From the NCBI GenBank assembly GCA_048938025.1, contig JBHLMP010000009.1, positions 17,130 to 81,129 of the forward strand: a stretch of 64,000 bases of DNA, written 5' to 3'. A model generated the notes under the pieces. The model searched no databases and was not told where the DNA came from. It saw nothing but the letters and a program-made list of their open reading frames with translations. Positions 38,537-48,877 of this stretch are shown here, in pieces. The first letter of the stretch is position 1; each line of letters opens with the position of its first letter. Both the position numbers and the translations under genes were made by a program. Origin of the DNA: Promethearchaeota archaeon (GTDB taxonomy: Archaea > Asgardarchaeota > Lokiarchaeia > Sigyniarchaeales > SOKP01).

Positions 38537-41305
38537 ATGAATCTTTTTAATTCTACTAATTTTGGTAAGAATAGTAGACGTAATCAACAAACTCTGAAAA
38601 AGATATTTTGTCTTTTCTTTTTGATAATTATTATTTTTAGTTTTATAGATATTAAAGAAATTTTCACAGTTTCATCTAATTTTGATTCTCCTTCGGATAT
38701 CCAAAATACTTTCGATACTACTCCTAATTTGGCAACAGATACTTCAATGCTTCAAGATCCTTTTACTAAAAACTTTGATGGAATACAACAATTTTTTGAA
38801 AGTAAATATAAGTCAGATTTGGATCTACGTATTGATCTGTATTTTAGATATGGAGACAATTCTGGTAATATTGTAGATGATACCATATTTTCTGAGGATA
38901 ATTTATTATTATATAAATCATTGATGGGAACAGATCTTAGCCATATAGAAATATATGAAAAATACTTAGATTTAAAATCAACTCCTTTGTGGTATGAGGA
39001 GAGTCTAAATCAATTTCAATATGGATTTATGAGATCTTTTGATAATACAACAGAGACTATAAAAGATGATAATAGATATCTTATTGACAACTTAATGCCT
39101 GTATTCCTATTAATTGACAGTATTGGAACAGATATGAAAAATATTAATATTAATGGAGATACACCTATAGGATCTATAGTAGAAATTTTTAATCTTATTA
39201 ATTCTTCTGAATTTTGGGATAGTACTAATTTTGGCTTCAATTATCGTAATTCTACTGCAGATGTTAAATATACTAAGTATAATTTATATGGGGTTCTAGC
39301 TAATTTATATATTCATAGACTTTTTGGGGAGCTAGGAGAGGAAAGTGAGATAAAAGATAGAGCATATGAAGATTTAGCAATTCCAACTATGGCAAAATTG
39401 ATTGTTAATATGTGGGATGCCCCTCTATATTTAGGTTTCTACTATAACGCTACAGGTTCATGGAATACAGGAGGAGCATTTGCTAAAGATAAATATTTAG
39501 ATGTAAATGCCTTAGGAATAATAACATTATTAGAATATTGGGTTGAAACTGGGAAAAAAAATGATTCTTCTTATCTCCAAAAAGCAATTTATCTTTATAA
39601 CAAGTTAGATGAAAAATTATGGGTATCTGGTCCTGCTTATATGTATAAAGCAGACCGAGATTGGAGCAATGCTGACCCAGAATATAATCTTGAAGCAAAC
39701 TCTATTATGATGAGTGCTTGTTTAAAATTATTTGAATTAACTGGAAATATTACCTATTATAATAGGGCAATAGAAATATTTGATTATTTTGAAAATAATT
39801 TGTATGATGGTCCTTTAAATAAGGCGTATGATTCTTCAAATAGCGATCCAAGTAAGAATTTACACTCTAATCTCAAATTGAGTGAGGCTTATTTAAACGC
39901 TTTTGAAATTTATAATAGCACTAATTTAAGATCAGTTTATAATGTTTCTGATGATGTTCCTAATTTTATATTTTTTCAAGATCGTATGAATTTAACTACT
40001 ACATATTCTTTTGAGAAATTAATGCTATATTACAATCCCGTTAATTCGTCTTTTGCACCGACTAAAATAAGATATGATATTATTAATGCCGATATTCATT
40101 ACCTTTTTAAATATCCAAATGGAACTTTCTTTAAGCAATTTGAATATCCTAGTAATCCAGATACTTCACACACTCTTTTATATGATATTCCAGAGACTCT
40201 ATCTATTGGAAATGGATATAACATATATGTATGGGCTAATACAACTTATTTTAGTTTCGCTGAGATTATTAAGACATTTAATGTGAATTCTGGTTTAGTG
40301 AATTATACAATAAAAGGAATGGTTGGAACATTATATCAGGGTTTAGTTTTAAATGTAACTGTTCCAATTAACAATACTCGTAATGAAGATGTGACTTTAT
40401 CAACAATTTTAGAAGGAGAGCAAATTAACAATTATCCTACTCAAATTATAAATTTCACATCATTCGAAATTACAGAAGTATCTTTTAATCTCACTGCAAA
40501 ATTTGGTGCAGTTCTTGGAAGTACTGAAATACACTTTAAATTTATAAAAGGAAATAATATTTATTTAGAAATTACAAAAATTATAGAAATTGGACATTCA
40601 TTTGCCTATGAAGGTTTTATGTATGACGGTAAAATTGTGAGTGGAGATAAAATTTCAGTAGGTATGAATTTGGTTAATTTCTTACCAAATGCTACACAAT
40701 CATTAAATGTAAGTTTTATGGGAGAATTTATTGACGATTTCATTAGCGAGGAGTATTTAGCTGAAAGACAGATAAAAACAGTACACTATGAATTAAACTC
40801 CTCTGAGAATATCATATATGATACCATTGATATTGAAATGAGTATTACTATCAATAAAACTACCTATTATACAGAAACTATGGTTATTGAAATACTCCCT
40901 ATATATGAAATTATTAGTGTATCATTCCCAGATAAGGTTTCTCAAGGAAGTACAGTCTATTTTATTCTGATTATAAAGAATAATCGTGAAGAATCAGAAG
41001 TTTTTTCATTATACGTAAATAATAAAAAAAGTAGCACCAATATAAACCAGTTAGCTCCTGGAGATAATAGGATTGTTAAAAAAATAACACTACCATTTGA
41101 TCCTTACGATTTTGGCTCAAAAACCTACAGTTTTTTATTAGAAGATAGTTCTGGAGAGTCTATTGCATTATTTTATTTTGAAGTTACTATAGAATTATCC
41201 ACATTTAATTTAATAATATTTTATATCTTACCCATAATAGTTCCGATTGGAATAATATTATATTTTAAGAATAAAGATATAAAAGTTAAAAAATTGAGGA
41301 GATGA
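38537..41305 (+). CDS. Large membrane-anchored surface glycoprotein (helical alpha/alpha-toroid-like domain plus beta-rich Ig-like domains)
   Basis: N-terminal hydrophobic helix, GH76-like repeats (YLQKAI.LY..L...LW; LFELTGN.TY), beta-rich C-terminal half, C-terminal TM + basic tail; about 22 NxS/T sequons. Confidence 0.7.
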   Translation: MNLFNSTNFGKNSRRNQQTLKKIFCLFFLIIIIFSFIDIKEIFTVSSNFDSPSDIQNTFDTTPNLATDTSMLQDPFTKNFDGIQQFFESKYKSDLDLRIDLYFRYGDNSGNIVDDTIFSEDNLLLYKSLMGTDLSHIEIYEKYLDLKSTPLWYEESLNQFQYGFMRSFDNTTETIKDDNRYLIDNLMPVFLLIDSIGTDMKNININGDTPIGSIVEIFNLINSSEFWDSTNFGFNYRNSTADVKYTKYNLYGVLANLYIHRLFGELGEESEIKDRAYEDLAIPTMAKLIVNMWDAPLYLGFYYNATGSWNTGGAFAKDKYLDVNALGIITLLEYWVETGKKNDSSYLQKAIYLYNKLDEKLWVSGPAYMYKADRDWSNADPEYNLEANSIMMSACLKLFELTGNITYYNRAIEIFDYFENNLYDGPLNKAYDSSNSDPSKNLHSNLKLSEAYLNAFEIYNSTNLRSVYNVSDDVPNFIFFQDRMNLTTTYSFEKLMLYYNPVNSSFAPTKIRYDIINADIHYLFKYPNGTFFKQFEYPSNPDTSHTLLYDIPETLSIGNGYNIYVWANTTYFSFAEIIKTFNVNSGLVNYTIKGMVGTLYQGLVLNVTVPINNTRNEDVTLSTILEGEQINNYPTQIINFTSFEITEVSFNLTAKFGAVLGSTEIHFKFIKGNNIYLEITKIIEIGHSFAYEGFMYDGKIVSGDKISVGMNLVNFLPNATQSLNVSFMGEFIDDFISEEYLAERQIKTVHYELNSSENIIYDTIDIEMSITINKTTYYTETMVIEILPIYEIISVSFPDKVSQGSTVYFILIIKNNREESEVFSLYVNNKKSSTNINQLAPGDNRIVKKITLPFDPYDFGSKTYSFLLEDSSGESIALFYFEVTIELSTFNLIIFYILPIIVPIGIILYFKNKDIKVKKLRR

Positions 41306-41312
41306 CCTAAGA

Positions 41313-43019
41313 GTGAAAAAGATACAATATATCAGCGTAGTCTTTATATTTCTAGTATTATCAAGTCTTTCATTTTACTTTTTACCATTCTCAGGGTTTA
41401 ATTTACAAAAAGATTATTTTCAAACTCAAAATGAAGAAAATAAAGATTTGATTGAATCTGCCGATGTTGGAGATCCAATACCTGAAGAAGGTTATATTAC
41501 CCTAAATGTGACAGAAGTTTATCGATTATTTGAATCTATTAATATTACCATTTATGCCCCAGACTTTCTTTTTCCTACTATTGATAAATCCGTTTTGGAA
41601 ATTTCCTTTACAAATGGATCAGTAATAACTTATAATATGACTGGTTTTGGAGTTGAAGAATTTATATATGTATACCGACCAGAATATAATGCACCATTGG
41701 GAGTCCAAAATGTTAGTTTTCTGCTTTATAATTCAAATTGGAATCTATTGAATGCCCATACAACATATAAAAACTTTACAATTAAAACAAATTACATGCT
41801 TAATTTTAATAGCTCTGAATATTATGTAGAAGATAATTTATCTGCTGAATTGACTGTAAATGACTTTAAAACTTACCAATTTGATTGGAATATTACCATC
41901 GTTGATAGTGCAAATGAAGCAACGCAAACAAATTTATTTGACCTTGAAAATAACCTTGTTCAATTTTCTTTTATGATAGAAAACGACACATTCGATCAAG
42001 TAGATAAAACCTATTATGTTAAAGTTAATATATCAGATGTTGGTACTGGAGAAGTATATCCTACGTACTTTCCATTTGATGTATTGAATTCACTCCCTCG
42101 GATAATACCTTCAACTATTAATTTCTCTTTAGAAGAAGTCCCTAGAACTGAATCATGTGAAATTTCATTAAATGTGACAGATATTGAAAATATACCAGCA
42201 GAACTTATTGTTAACATGGATCTTGAAGATCCTAATGGTAATGTGCTTAAAGTGAGTATTTCTCATAAAGAAGGAATGTCATTTTCTACAAGTTTTTCTA
42301 TTCCCGCAGATAGACCAATAGGAAAATATAGGGTAAATTTTACAGCAAAAGATCTCGATAATGGAGTTGGTTCTTATTTAACTTTTTTAACTGTAGAAAA
42401 TAATCCTCCTGATATTCATAGTTATAAAATAAATGGTCATTCAATGGATGAGAGTATATCAGTATTATATGGAGATGATTTAACTTTTACATTTAATGTA
42501 TCAGATGTGGAAGGAATTGCTTATATAACTGTTGCCCTTATTAATAAGAATAATGATTGGTATAATATTACGAGAGCTTATACGGGTGAAGATATGAGAA
42601 TTCGTATTAGAACTGCTGAGTTAGTAAAAGGAACATGGTATGTTTATATTTATGTCACTGACACTGATTGGAAAACAACAAGCCTTATCGATGATTATAA
42701 TTTAGCTCCGCAACAAATAAGAATTATTTCTGATGTTTTTTCTGATATTTTACCATGGGTGACATTTATTGTTGGAATAATTTTTGGTATATTAGCAGGG
42801 ATTGGTGGATCCTACAAACTATTAAAGGCAAGATCATTAGAAGCACAAAAAGTAAGTTTAGTGAAGAAAGAACCTATTAAATCAATCAAAAAATCAGAAA
42901 AGAAAGGAGTAAAACCAAAAAAAGAAGAGCCTATTAAAGAAGTGGAGAGAGAACCGTCTAAAGAGGAAGAAGAAAAACAAAAAGCACCTTATCGCAAAAT
43001 AAAAAGAAAATTAAACTAA
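41313..43019 (+). CDS. Membrane-anchored beta-rich surface glycoprotein with charged cytoplasmic tail
   Basis: Signal peptide, Ig-like strands (G.Y.V.F.A.D), TM near the C-terminus, K/E-rich tail; about 16 sequons; 7 nt downstream of the previous gene. Confidence 0.7.
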   Translation: MKKIQYISVVFIFLVLSSLSFYFLPFSGFNLQKDYFQTQNEENKDLIESADVGDPIPEEGYITLNVTEVYRLFESINITIYAPDFLFPTIDKSVLEISFTNGSVITYNMTGFGVEEFIYVYRPEYNAPLGVQNVSFLLYNSNWNLLNAHTTYKNFTIKTNYMLNFNSSEYYVEDNLSAELTVNDFKTYQFDWNITIVDSANEATQTNLFDLENNLVQFSFMIENDTFDQVDKTYYVKVNISDVGTGEVYPTYFPFDVLNSLPRIIPSTINFSLEEVPRTESCEISLNVTDIENIPAELIVNMDLEDPNGNVLKVSISHKEGMSFSTSFSIPADRPIGKYRVNFTAKDLDNGVGSYLTFLTVENNPPDIHSYKINGHSMDESISVLYGDDLTFTFNVSDVEGIAYITVALINKNNDWYNITRAYTGEDMRIRIRTAELVKGTWYVYIYVTDTDWKTTSLIDDYNLAPQQIRIISDVFSDILPWVTFIVGIIFGILAGIGGSYKLLKARSLEAQKVSLVKKEPIKSIKKSEKKGVKPKKEEPIKEVEREPSKEEEEKQKAPYRKIKRKLN

Positions 43020-43060
43020 AGGAAAAATATTTATATTAATTCAATCTAGCTTCTTTTATA

Positions 43061-43984
43061 TTACTCTAAGCCAATCTCATAAAGTCTATAGTGAAATTTT
43101 CCTAGTTTACCACCATAGTTACCTGCTGAGATTCTATTTATTCCATTAACTTTTACAGCTGCCTTGATTCCTAGATTTAATGCTTTTTTTACGGCATCTT
43201 CAGTAGCTCCATCTAAAACAATCTCAAAAACCGCCCCATCTCCCTCTCTTAATTGAGTATCTTCTACCTTCGTTCTTAAAGTTGGACAATAAGCATGGTT
43301 AGTGCTTGCAAAAAGTCCTGGAATGTTTTCATATTGGGTTCCAACTTTTGATCCTGATGCTACAACTCCCCCTGGAAAAGGAGCGATAACATTTTCCACA
43401 TCTTTTATAGCCTCAATTGCTTTCTCTGCAGCTTCTAATGTAGATTCTTGGTCTTTTCCGATTATTAAAAAATTTCCACCGGCTATTCCTTTCCCAACTT
43501 TAAAAGAACTCTGAATAATAAATTCTCCTCCCATAATAGGAATTTTCCATGCGGGAAATGGAAAAACACCTTCAATCTTTTCTTCATACTTATCTCCAAA
43601 AAATTTAAGGAAATAACCTGTTTTTACTTCAAATTCCTTTTCTGGTTCTAAAGAACCTCCTATTGCATCAAAACAAGCAGTGGTAGGGCATGGTAGAATG
43701 CATTGTCCAACACGGTGCAGCATTACATTACTAACTTTATCCTTATTCCTAATAAAAAACATCAATACAACTCCAGGACGATTATCGGGTGTTTTATTTG
43801 CAGGTACTAATACATCTATTCCAGCCTCTGCGTCACAACCAATCCCTGATGTACCATAACCCGTTGCTTCTTGAGCTGCTATTTTAACCCATTTTTCATT
43901 TTTAGCAGTTATTAAAATTCTTGTAAAGAAGCCTCCAAATGCTTCACAATAGGTATCTTCAATTTCTACTCCATTTAATTGCAT
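43061..43984 (-). CDS. ftr: Formylmethanofuran--tetrahydromethanopterin N-formyltransferase
   Basis: NGVEIEDTYCEAF, GCDAEAG, TPDNRPG, GIAGGN, PFPGG, SAGNYGGKLG. Confidence 0.96.
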   Translation of the reverse strand: MQLNGVEIEDTYCEAFGGFFTRILITAKNEKWVKIAAQEATGYGTSGIGCDAEAGIDVLVPANKTPDNRPGVVLMFFIRNKDKVSNVMLHRVGQCILPCPTTACFDAIGGSLEPEKEFEVKTGYFLKFFGDKYEEKIEGVFPFPAWKIPIMGGEFIIQSSFKVGKGIAGGNFLIIGKDQESTLEAAEKAIEAIKDVENVIAPFPGGVVASGSKVGTQYENIPGLFASTNHAYCPTLRTKVEDTQLREGDGAVFEIVLDGATEDAVKKALNLGIKAAVKVNGINRISAGNYGGKLGKFHYRLYEIGLE

Positions 43985-44143
43985 TTTTTACACCTTTTTT
44001 AGTTTTAATTAATTTTAGTCATTATTAAATTAGACATCTATTTTATATAAAATTTTAAAATAAAATTAATAACATTGAAAAATTGTTAGAGATAAATAGT
44101 AATTATAATTAAATTTCTGAAATTATAAATTTAATTGATTAAA

Positions 44144-44989
44144 ATGAGCGACGATAAGATTCTTAAAATTGGAATTTTGAAGAATGGAACAATTGGTTCG
44201 TCTTTATTACTAGCTTTCTTAATGGATGAAAGAGCTGAAGCCACCAGAATCAATGTTTATGAGATAACCTCTGGAGCCAAAATGCATCCACCAGAAATGT
44301 GTACCGAAACTATGAAGGACTTATTAAAATGGGAGCCAGAATTGATTTTAATGTCAAGCCCGAATGCTGCACTTAAAGGTCCTAAAGAGGCTAGAGATAT
44401 GGTTAAAGACACCGGGATACCTACAATTATAATCTCAGACGCTCCCGCTAGGAACGCAGTAGAAGAAATTCAAGAGAAGGGAATGGGGTATATTCTTGTA
44501 AATTGTGATAGTATGATTGGTGCGAGGAGACCATTTTTAGATCCTATTGAAATGAGTTGCTTCAATGCGGATTTATTAAAAGTGCTGGCAATAACTGGCG
44601 CTCTTCAAGTTATTGCTGAAGAGTTAAATAAAGTAATTCTAGATATGCTAGAAGGTAGAACACCAATTTTACCACAGATTATCATTGATGCTATAACTGC
44701 TATAAAGGCTGCTAAATTTTCTAACCCATATGCAGAAGCTAAAGCTATAGCTGCTTTTGAATTAGCTGCTTCAGTTTCAAAAATTACAGGAAAAGCTTGT
44801 TTTGTACTTAAAGAGAGATCTGAATATATGCCATTACTAGCAACTGCCCATGAAATGATGAGAACAGCAGCACTTATGTGTGATGAAGCGCGAGAAATAG
44901 AAAAATATAATGATTCAGTTTTAAGAAGACCTCACCATGTTAAACAGCACTTCTTAACAAAAAGGGGGCTTCACGAGAAAGAAAAATAA
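44144..44989 (+). CDS. mtd: F420-dependent methylene-H4MPT dehydrogenase
   Basis: MDERA, SGAKM, SPNAA..GP..AR, DSMIGARR.FLDP.EM..FN, HEMMR.AA, R.PH. Confidence 0.95.
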   Translation: MSDDKILKIGILKNGTIGSSLLLAFLMDERAEATRINVYEITSGAKMHPPEMCTETMKDLLKWEPELILMSSPNAALKGPKEARDMVKDTGIPTIIISDAPARNAVEEIQEKGMGYILVNCDSMIGARRPFLDPIEMSCFNADLLKVLAITGALQVIAEELNKVILDMLEGRTPILPQIIIDAITAIKAAKFSNPYAEAKAIAAFELAASVSKITGKACFVLKERSEYMPLLATAHEMMRTAALMCDEAREIEKYNDSVLRRPHHVKQHFLTKRGLHEKEK

Positions 44990-45105
44990 ATTATTATCAA
45001 TATTTCTTCTAAAATTTATTTTTTTATTTTGCTAATTCTAATCTCAAGAATAGAATTACATAAAAACATATAATTTCACAAGAAAATAGAATAAAATGAC
45101 TATGT

Positions 45106-46053
45106 TTAAGTTATTAAGAATTCCTTTAAATTCTCAAATTCTTCTCCACTCAGGGCATTCATTACACCAGAGAAGACTTCAGTTTGTCTATTTTTCGTAA
45201 TTGCCATTAAAACTGCTCCATTGCTCACCTCTTTCACTAAGATATAACAATTATCAGATTCATAAACAATAGTAGATAAATATAAAGCAGAATAATTAGA
45301 TATATTTTGTAACTCCATAACTTGCTGATAAATGTTATAAATATTTGAATCTAAAGTTCCTATTTCAAACTTCATGAACTGTAGGGGCTTTAGATCGAGC
45401 TTTCCAAAAGTAGAGGCAATTAATAATCCATCAGGCTGATTAAATAAAAGATACTCAGATAATGTATTAATTTTTAACTGATCAAGTAAATTTCGTATCT
45501 TTCCTAAACGTTGCATTGATAATGTATTCTTCTGGATTTCATAATCTAATATTTCAATTAATCTGTGTTGCGCACTGCCTTCTTTTACTGATACTGGCGT
45601 AAAAGCGAGTTTCTTCATTAAATCCTCATTTAACTCATTAGATAAAACTTTAAAAAAATCATCCTCTCTTGATTCTGGTAAATCTATTTTATTTAATAAT
45701 ACATAAATGTTCTCAATATTGGGAGAGAATTCAAGTAGATATTTTAAAAAATTATCGAAAATTTCTCGAACATTTGGATCAATTACTACAGAATCAACCA
45801 TGAAAACCGCTGTTGTAGATTCTGAAAATATACGCTCTCTTTGGGATTCAGAAAAGTACCGCTCCATATACCGTTCTTGTCCTCCTAGATCCCAGACGTT
45901 AAGTTCCATTATACCCCGAAATATAAAATTTTCTCTTGAAACACCTTTAGTAGGTTTCAAATTTAAAACCTTCATAAAATTATATCCTAAACAAGTAGTT
46001 CTCATTAGACTGGTTTTCCCTGCACCTGCAGGGCCAAAAAGCAGTATTTTCAT
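45106..46053 (-). CDS. Rag/Gtr1-like small GTPase with C-terminal roadblock-like domain
   Basis: G1 GPAGAGKTS, G2 PT, G3 WDLGGQ, G4 NKID, G5 SVK; C-terminal LFNQPDGLLIAS roadblock-like motif. Confidence 0.85.
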   Translation of the reverse strand: MKILLFGPAGAGKTSLMRTTCLGYNFMKVLNLKPTKGVSRENFIFRGIMELNVWDLGGQERYMERYFSESQRERIFSESTTAVFMVDSVVIDPNVREIFDNFLKYLLEFSPNIENIYVLLNKIDLPESREDDFFKVLSNELNEDLMKKLAFTPVSVKEGSAQHRLIEILDYEIQKNTLSMQRLGKIRNLLDQLKINTLSEYLLFNQPDGLLIASTFGKLDLKPLQFMKFEIGTLDSNIYNIYQQVMELQNISNYSALYLSTIVYESDNCYILVKEVSNGAVLMAITKNRQTEVFSGVMNALSGEEFENLKEFLIT

Positions 46054-46256
46054 AGGGATTCTCTTTTTGAATTTAAATTAATTTTAATTACAGTTCTAAT
46101 ATATTTTTTATACTTTAATCGTTATTTAATTTTTTCTAATTAATTAAAAGAAATATTCTGTTTTAAAGGGGATTGATCTGATGACGATTCAATTCAATTA
46201 AATATGATTTTAAATTAACTAAAATAAAAAATAAATTTAAATTGGAATTGATATAA

Positions 46257-46784
46257 ATGAACTTGGAAGAATTTATTCGTAATGTACCGGGCTTCCCAAA
46301 ACCAGGTATACAATTCAAAGACGTTACAACATTGTGTAAAGTACATGCTCCCTTTAAAGAATCATGCAATAGAATAATAGAATATTTCAAGAATAAAGGG
46401 ATAACTAAAGTTGCTGCTATTGAAGCTCGTGGATATGTTTGGGGAGGGGTTCTAGCATATCAATTAGGCGCTGGATTTGTATTAATGAGAAAGCCAGGTA
46501 AATTGCCCGCAGAGACATTAAGCGAAACATATGAGCTTGAATATGGAACAGATACAATTGAGATGCACAAGGATGCGATTGAGAGAGACGAAAAAGTTTT
46601 AGTTTTTGATGATCTATTAGCAACTGGGGGTACTGCTAAAGCAGCATGTAATTTAGTGGAAAAAGCAGGAGGACAAGTCATTGGAGTTGCTTTTGTTATT
46701 GAACTTACCGGCAGTTTACATGGTAGAGATAAGTTAGAAGGTTATGATATTCTTTCTCTAATTAAAATCCCAGTTGAAGAGTAA
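46257..46784 (+). CDS. apt: Adenine phosphoribosyltransferase
   Basis: FPKPGIQFKD, EARG, RKPGKLP, LEYG, VFDDLLATGGT. Confidence 0.96.
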   Translation: MNLEEFIRNVPGFPKPGIQFKDVTTLCKVHAPFKESCNRIIEYFKNKGITKVAAIEARGYVWGGVLAYQLGAGFVLMRKPGKLPAETLSETYELEYGTDTIEMHKDAIERDEKVLVFDDLLATGGTAKAACNLVEKAGGQVIGVAFVIELTGSLHGRDKLEGYDILSLIKIPVEE

Positions 46785-46836
46785 ATCCTTTATTATGAAT
46801 TCAAGATTTTTTAAAATCAATGAATAATCTTTTTTT

Positions 46837-47835
46837 TTATAGATTTTCTAATTCAGTAGGAGTATAGCCAAATGTATTAAAAAACCGTTTTCTAACTTGT
46901 TTAATATTAAAGATTTGTGTTTGAGCTCCTGTAGTTTCAACCACAAAGGAGCCGATAATAGATCCTAATCTACAAGAATCTAATATTGTCATGTTCAGCA
47001 CTAATCCCGTAAGTATTCCAGCACGGTATCCATCTCCAGCCCCAGTTGTATCTTCAATTTTCATAGGAGTTGCAATCGGGATATTAATTTTATATATTTT
47101 ATTATTTTCGTCTCTATAGATTAATTCAGAACCTTCAGATCCTTTTGTGATAATTATTGCCTTAACATATTCGAGAATAGACTCTTCAGCTAATTCGGAT
47201 CTCTCTTTAATTTGTCTTATCTCATGATTATTACCAATTAATATATCTGATCTTTTGAGTATATCAATTAAATTTTCTCTCTGAAAAAGAGGTGTAATTT
47301 GACCAGGATCAAATATAGAAGGTATTTGTAAGTCATTCAATTGAGCGGCAAAATTAGTCATAGCTTCTACGCTTTGTGTTGAGTTTATTGCATAAACAAA
47401 CTCTTCTGGGTTTGATACTTTTTCTCTTAAATCAATATCTTTACACCTATCTAAAGCACCACCATGAAAAATAATCATTTGATTTGATTTAATGTCATTA
47501 ACTATGTAACAAGCCGCTGTAAAAAGATTATCATGGACATCAACTTTAAGATCTACATTTTTAAACTTTTTTATATGATCCTTATATCCCAATGTCTCAA
47601 AATCATTCCCTACTGACCCTAATATAGAAACTTTAGCTATACTGAGTAATCCTAGATTATAAGCAATATTGCCTGCTGTTCCACCAAAAAATTGATGACG
47701 ACTATCTGCGGTAATGGTACTTTGATATTCTTCCTTATCATGATCAATCGATACAGCGCTAATAAAATTCTCTTTAAAACTCATAATATAATCAAAAGCT
47801 AATGATCCAAGTACGAGGACTTTGTTTTTTAGCAT
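46837..47835 (-). CDS. PfkB-family nucleoside/carbohydrate kinase
   Basis: GSLAFD, GGTAGNIAY, DPGQ, DTTGAGDGYRAG. Confidence 0.9.
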   Translation of the reverse strand: MLKNKVLVLGSLAFDYIMSFKENFISAVSIDHDKEEYQSTITADSRHQFFGGTAGNIAYNLGLLSIAKVSILGSVGNDFETLGYKDHIKKFKNVDLKVDVHDNLFTAACYIVNDIKSNQMIIFHGGALDRCKDIDLREKVSNPEEFVYAINSTQSVEAMTNFAAQLNDLQIPSIFDPGQITPLFQRENLIDILKRSDILIGNNHEIRQIKERSELAEESILEYVKAIIITKGSEGSELIYRDENNKIYKINIPIATPMKIEDTTGAGDGYRAGILTGLVLNMTILDSCRLGSIIGSFVVETTGAQTQIFNIKQVRKRFFNTFGYTPTELENL

Positions 47836-47986
47836 AAGACAAGAAATTAAATTTTAGAACTATATTTTACACTAATCAATATTGTGTTAAAACTTTATAG
47901 AATTTAGCAGGAGTGGGTAAGTTTTTTAAAAAATAATTTATTAAATTTTTAATTTTATAATTTAAATACTGTAAAAGTTGAAAATT

Positions 47987-48736
47987 ATGGTAAAAATCGG
48001 AATTATTGGTGGATCAGGATTAGATAATCCGAAAATTTTAAAGGATGCAAAAGATATATATGTTGATACACCATATGGAAAACCTACTTCTCCTCTAAAA
48101 TTAGGAAAAATCAACGATGTTGATGTAGTACTCATAGCGAGACATGGAAGAGAGCATACTATTCCTCCAACGCAAGTAAATTATAGAGCTAACATACATG
48201 CATTAAAAGATCAAGGTTGTTCTCATATCCTCGCTACAACTGCTTGCGGGAGTTTGAGAGAGAAGATAGATAGAGGGGATCTCGTTATTCTTGATCAATT
48301 TATAGACTTCACTCGACTCAGGAAAATATCTTTTTTTGAAGAATTTGCCCCTGGAGATATGAAGCATACCCCAATGGCTGATCCTTATTCAGAAGAATTA
48401 AGAAAAATTCTTATTGAAACTGCAAAGGAACTGAATCTTAAATATCATGAAACAGGAACTGTTGTTACAATTGAAGGTCCAAGGTTTTCTACAAGAGCAG
48501 AATCAAATATGTTTCGGATATGGGGTGCAGATGTGGTAAATATGAGCATAGCTCCTGAAACAATTTTAGCAAATGAAGCAGGTATCCCATATGCTGCTGT
48601 TGCTATGTCTACAGATTATGACTGCTGGAAAGAGGACGAAGTACCCGTTACTTGGGAGGAAATATTAGAAATATTTGGCAAAAATGTTAACAATGTTATT
48701 GCATTATTAACTAACACTATAAGAAAAATAAGATAA
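47987..48736 (+). CDS. mtnP: 5'-methylthioadenosine phosphorylase
   Basis: IGIIGGSG, TPYG, RHG..H, EGPRFSTRAES, VNMS, TDYDCW. Confidence 0.94.
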   Translation: MVKIGIIGGSGLDNPKILKDAKDIYVDTPYGKPTSPLKLGKINDVDVVLIARHGREHTIPPTQVNYRANIHALKDQGCSHILATTACGSLREKIDRGDLVILDQFIDFTRLRKISFFEEFAPGDMKHTPMADPYSEELRKILIETAKELNLKYHETGTVVTIEGPRFSTRAESNMFRIWGADVVNMSIAPETILANEAGIPYAAVAMSTDYDCWKEDEVPVTWEEILEIFGKNVNNVIALLTNTIRKIR

Positions 48737-48877
48737 TTTATCAATTATTTATTAAAATTTTTTGGAACAAAAAAAAATAAAAATATACAAGATATTTTGA
48801 TAAAATTATTATCTTTTATTTGTTTACTCTATACAAATAATGCTTTGAAGCATAAAAGAATCTAGAGAATTTCGAAA

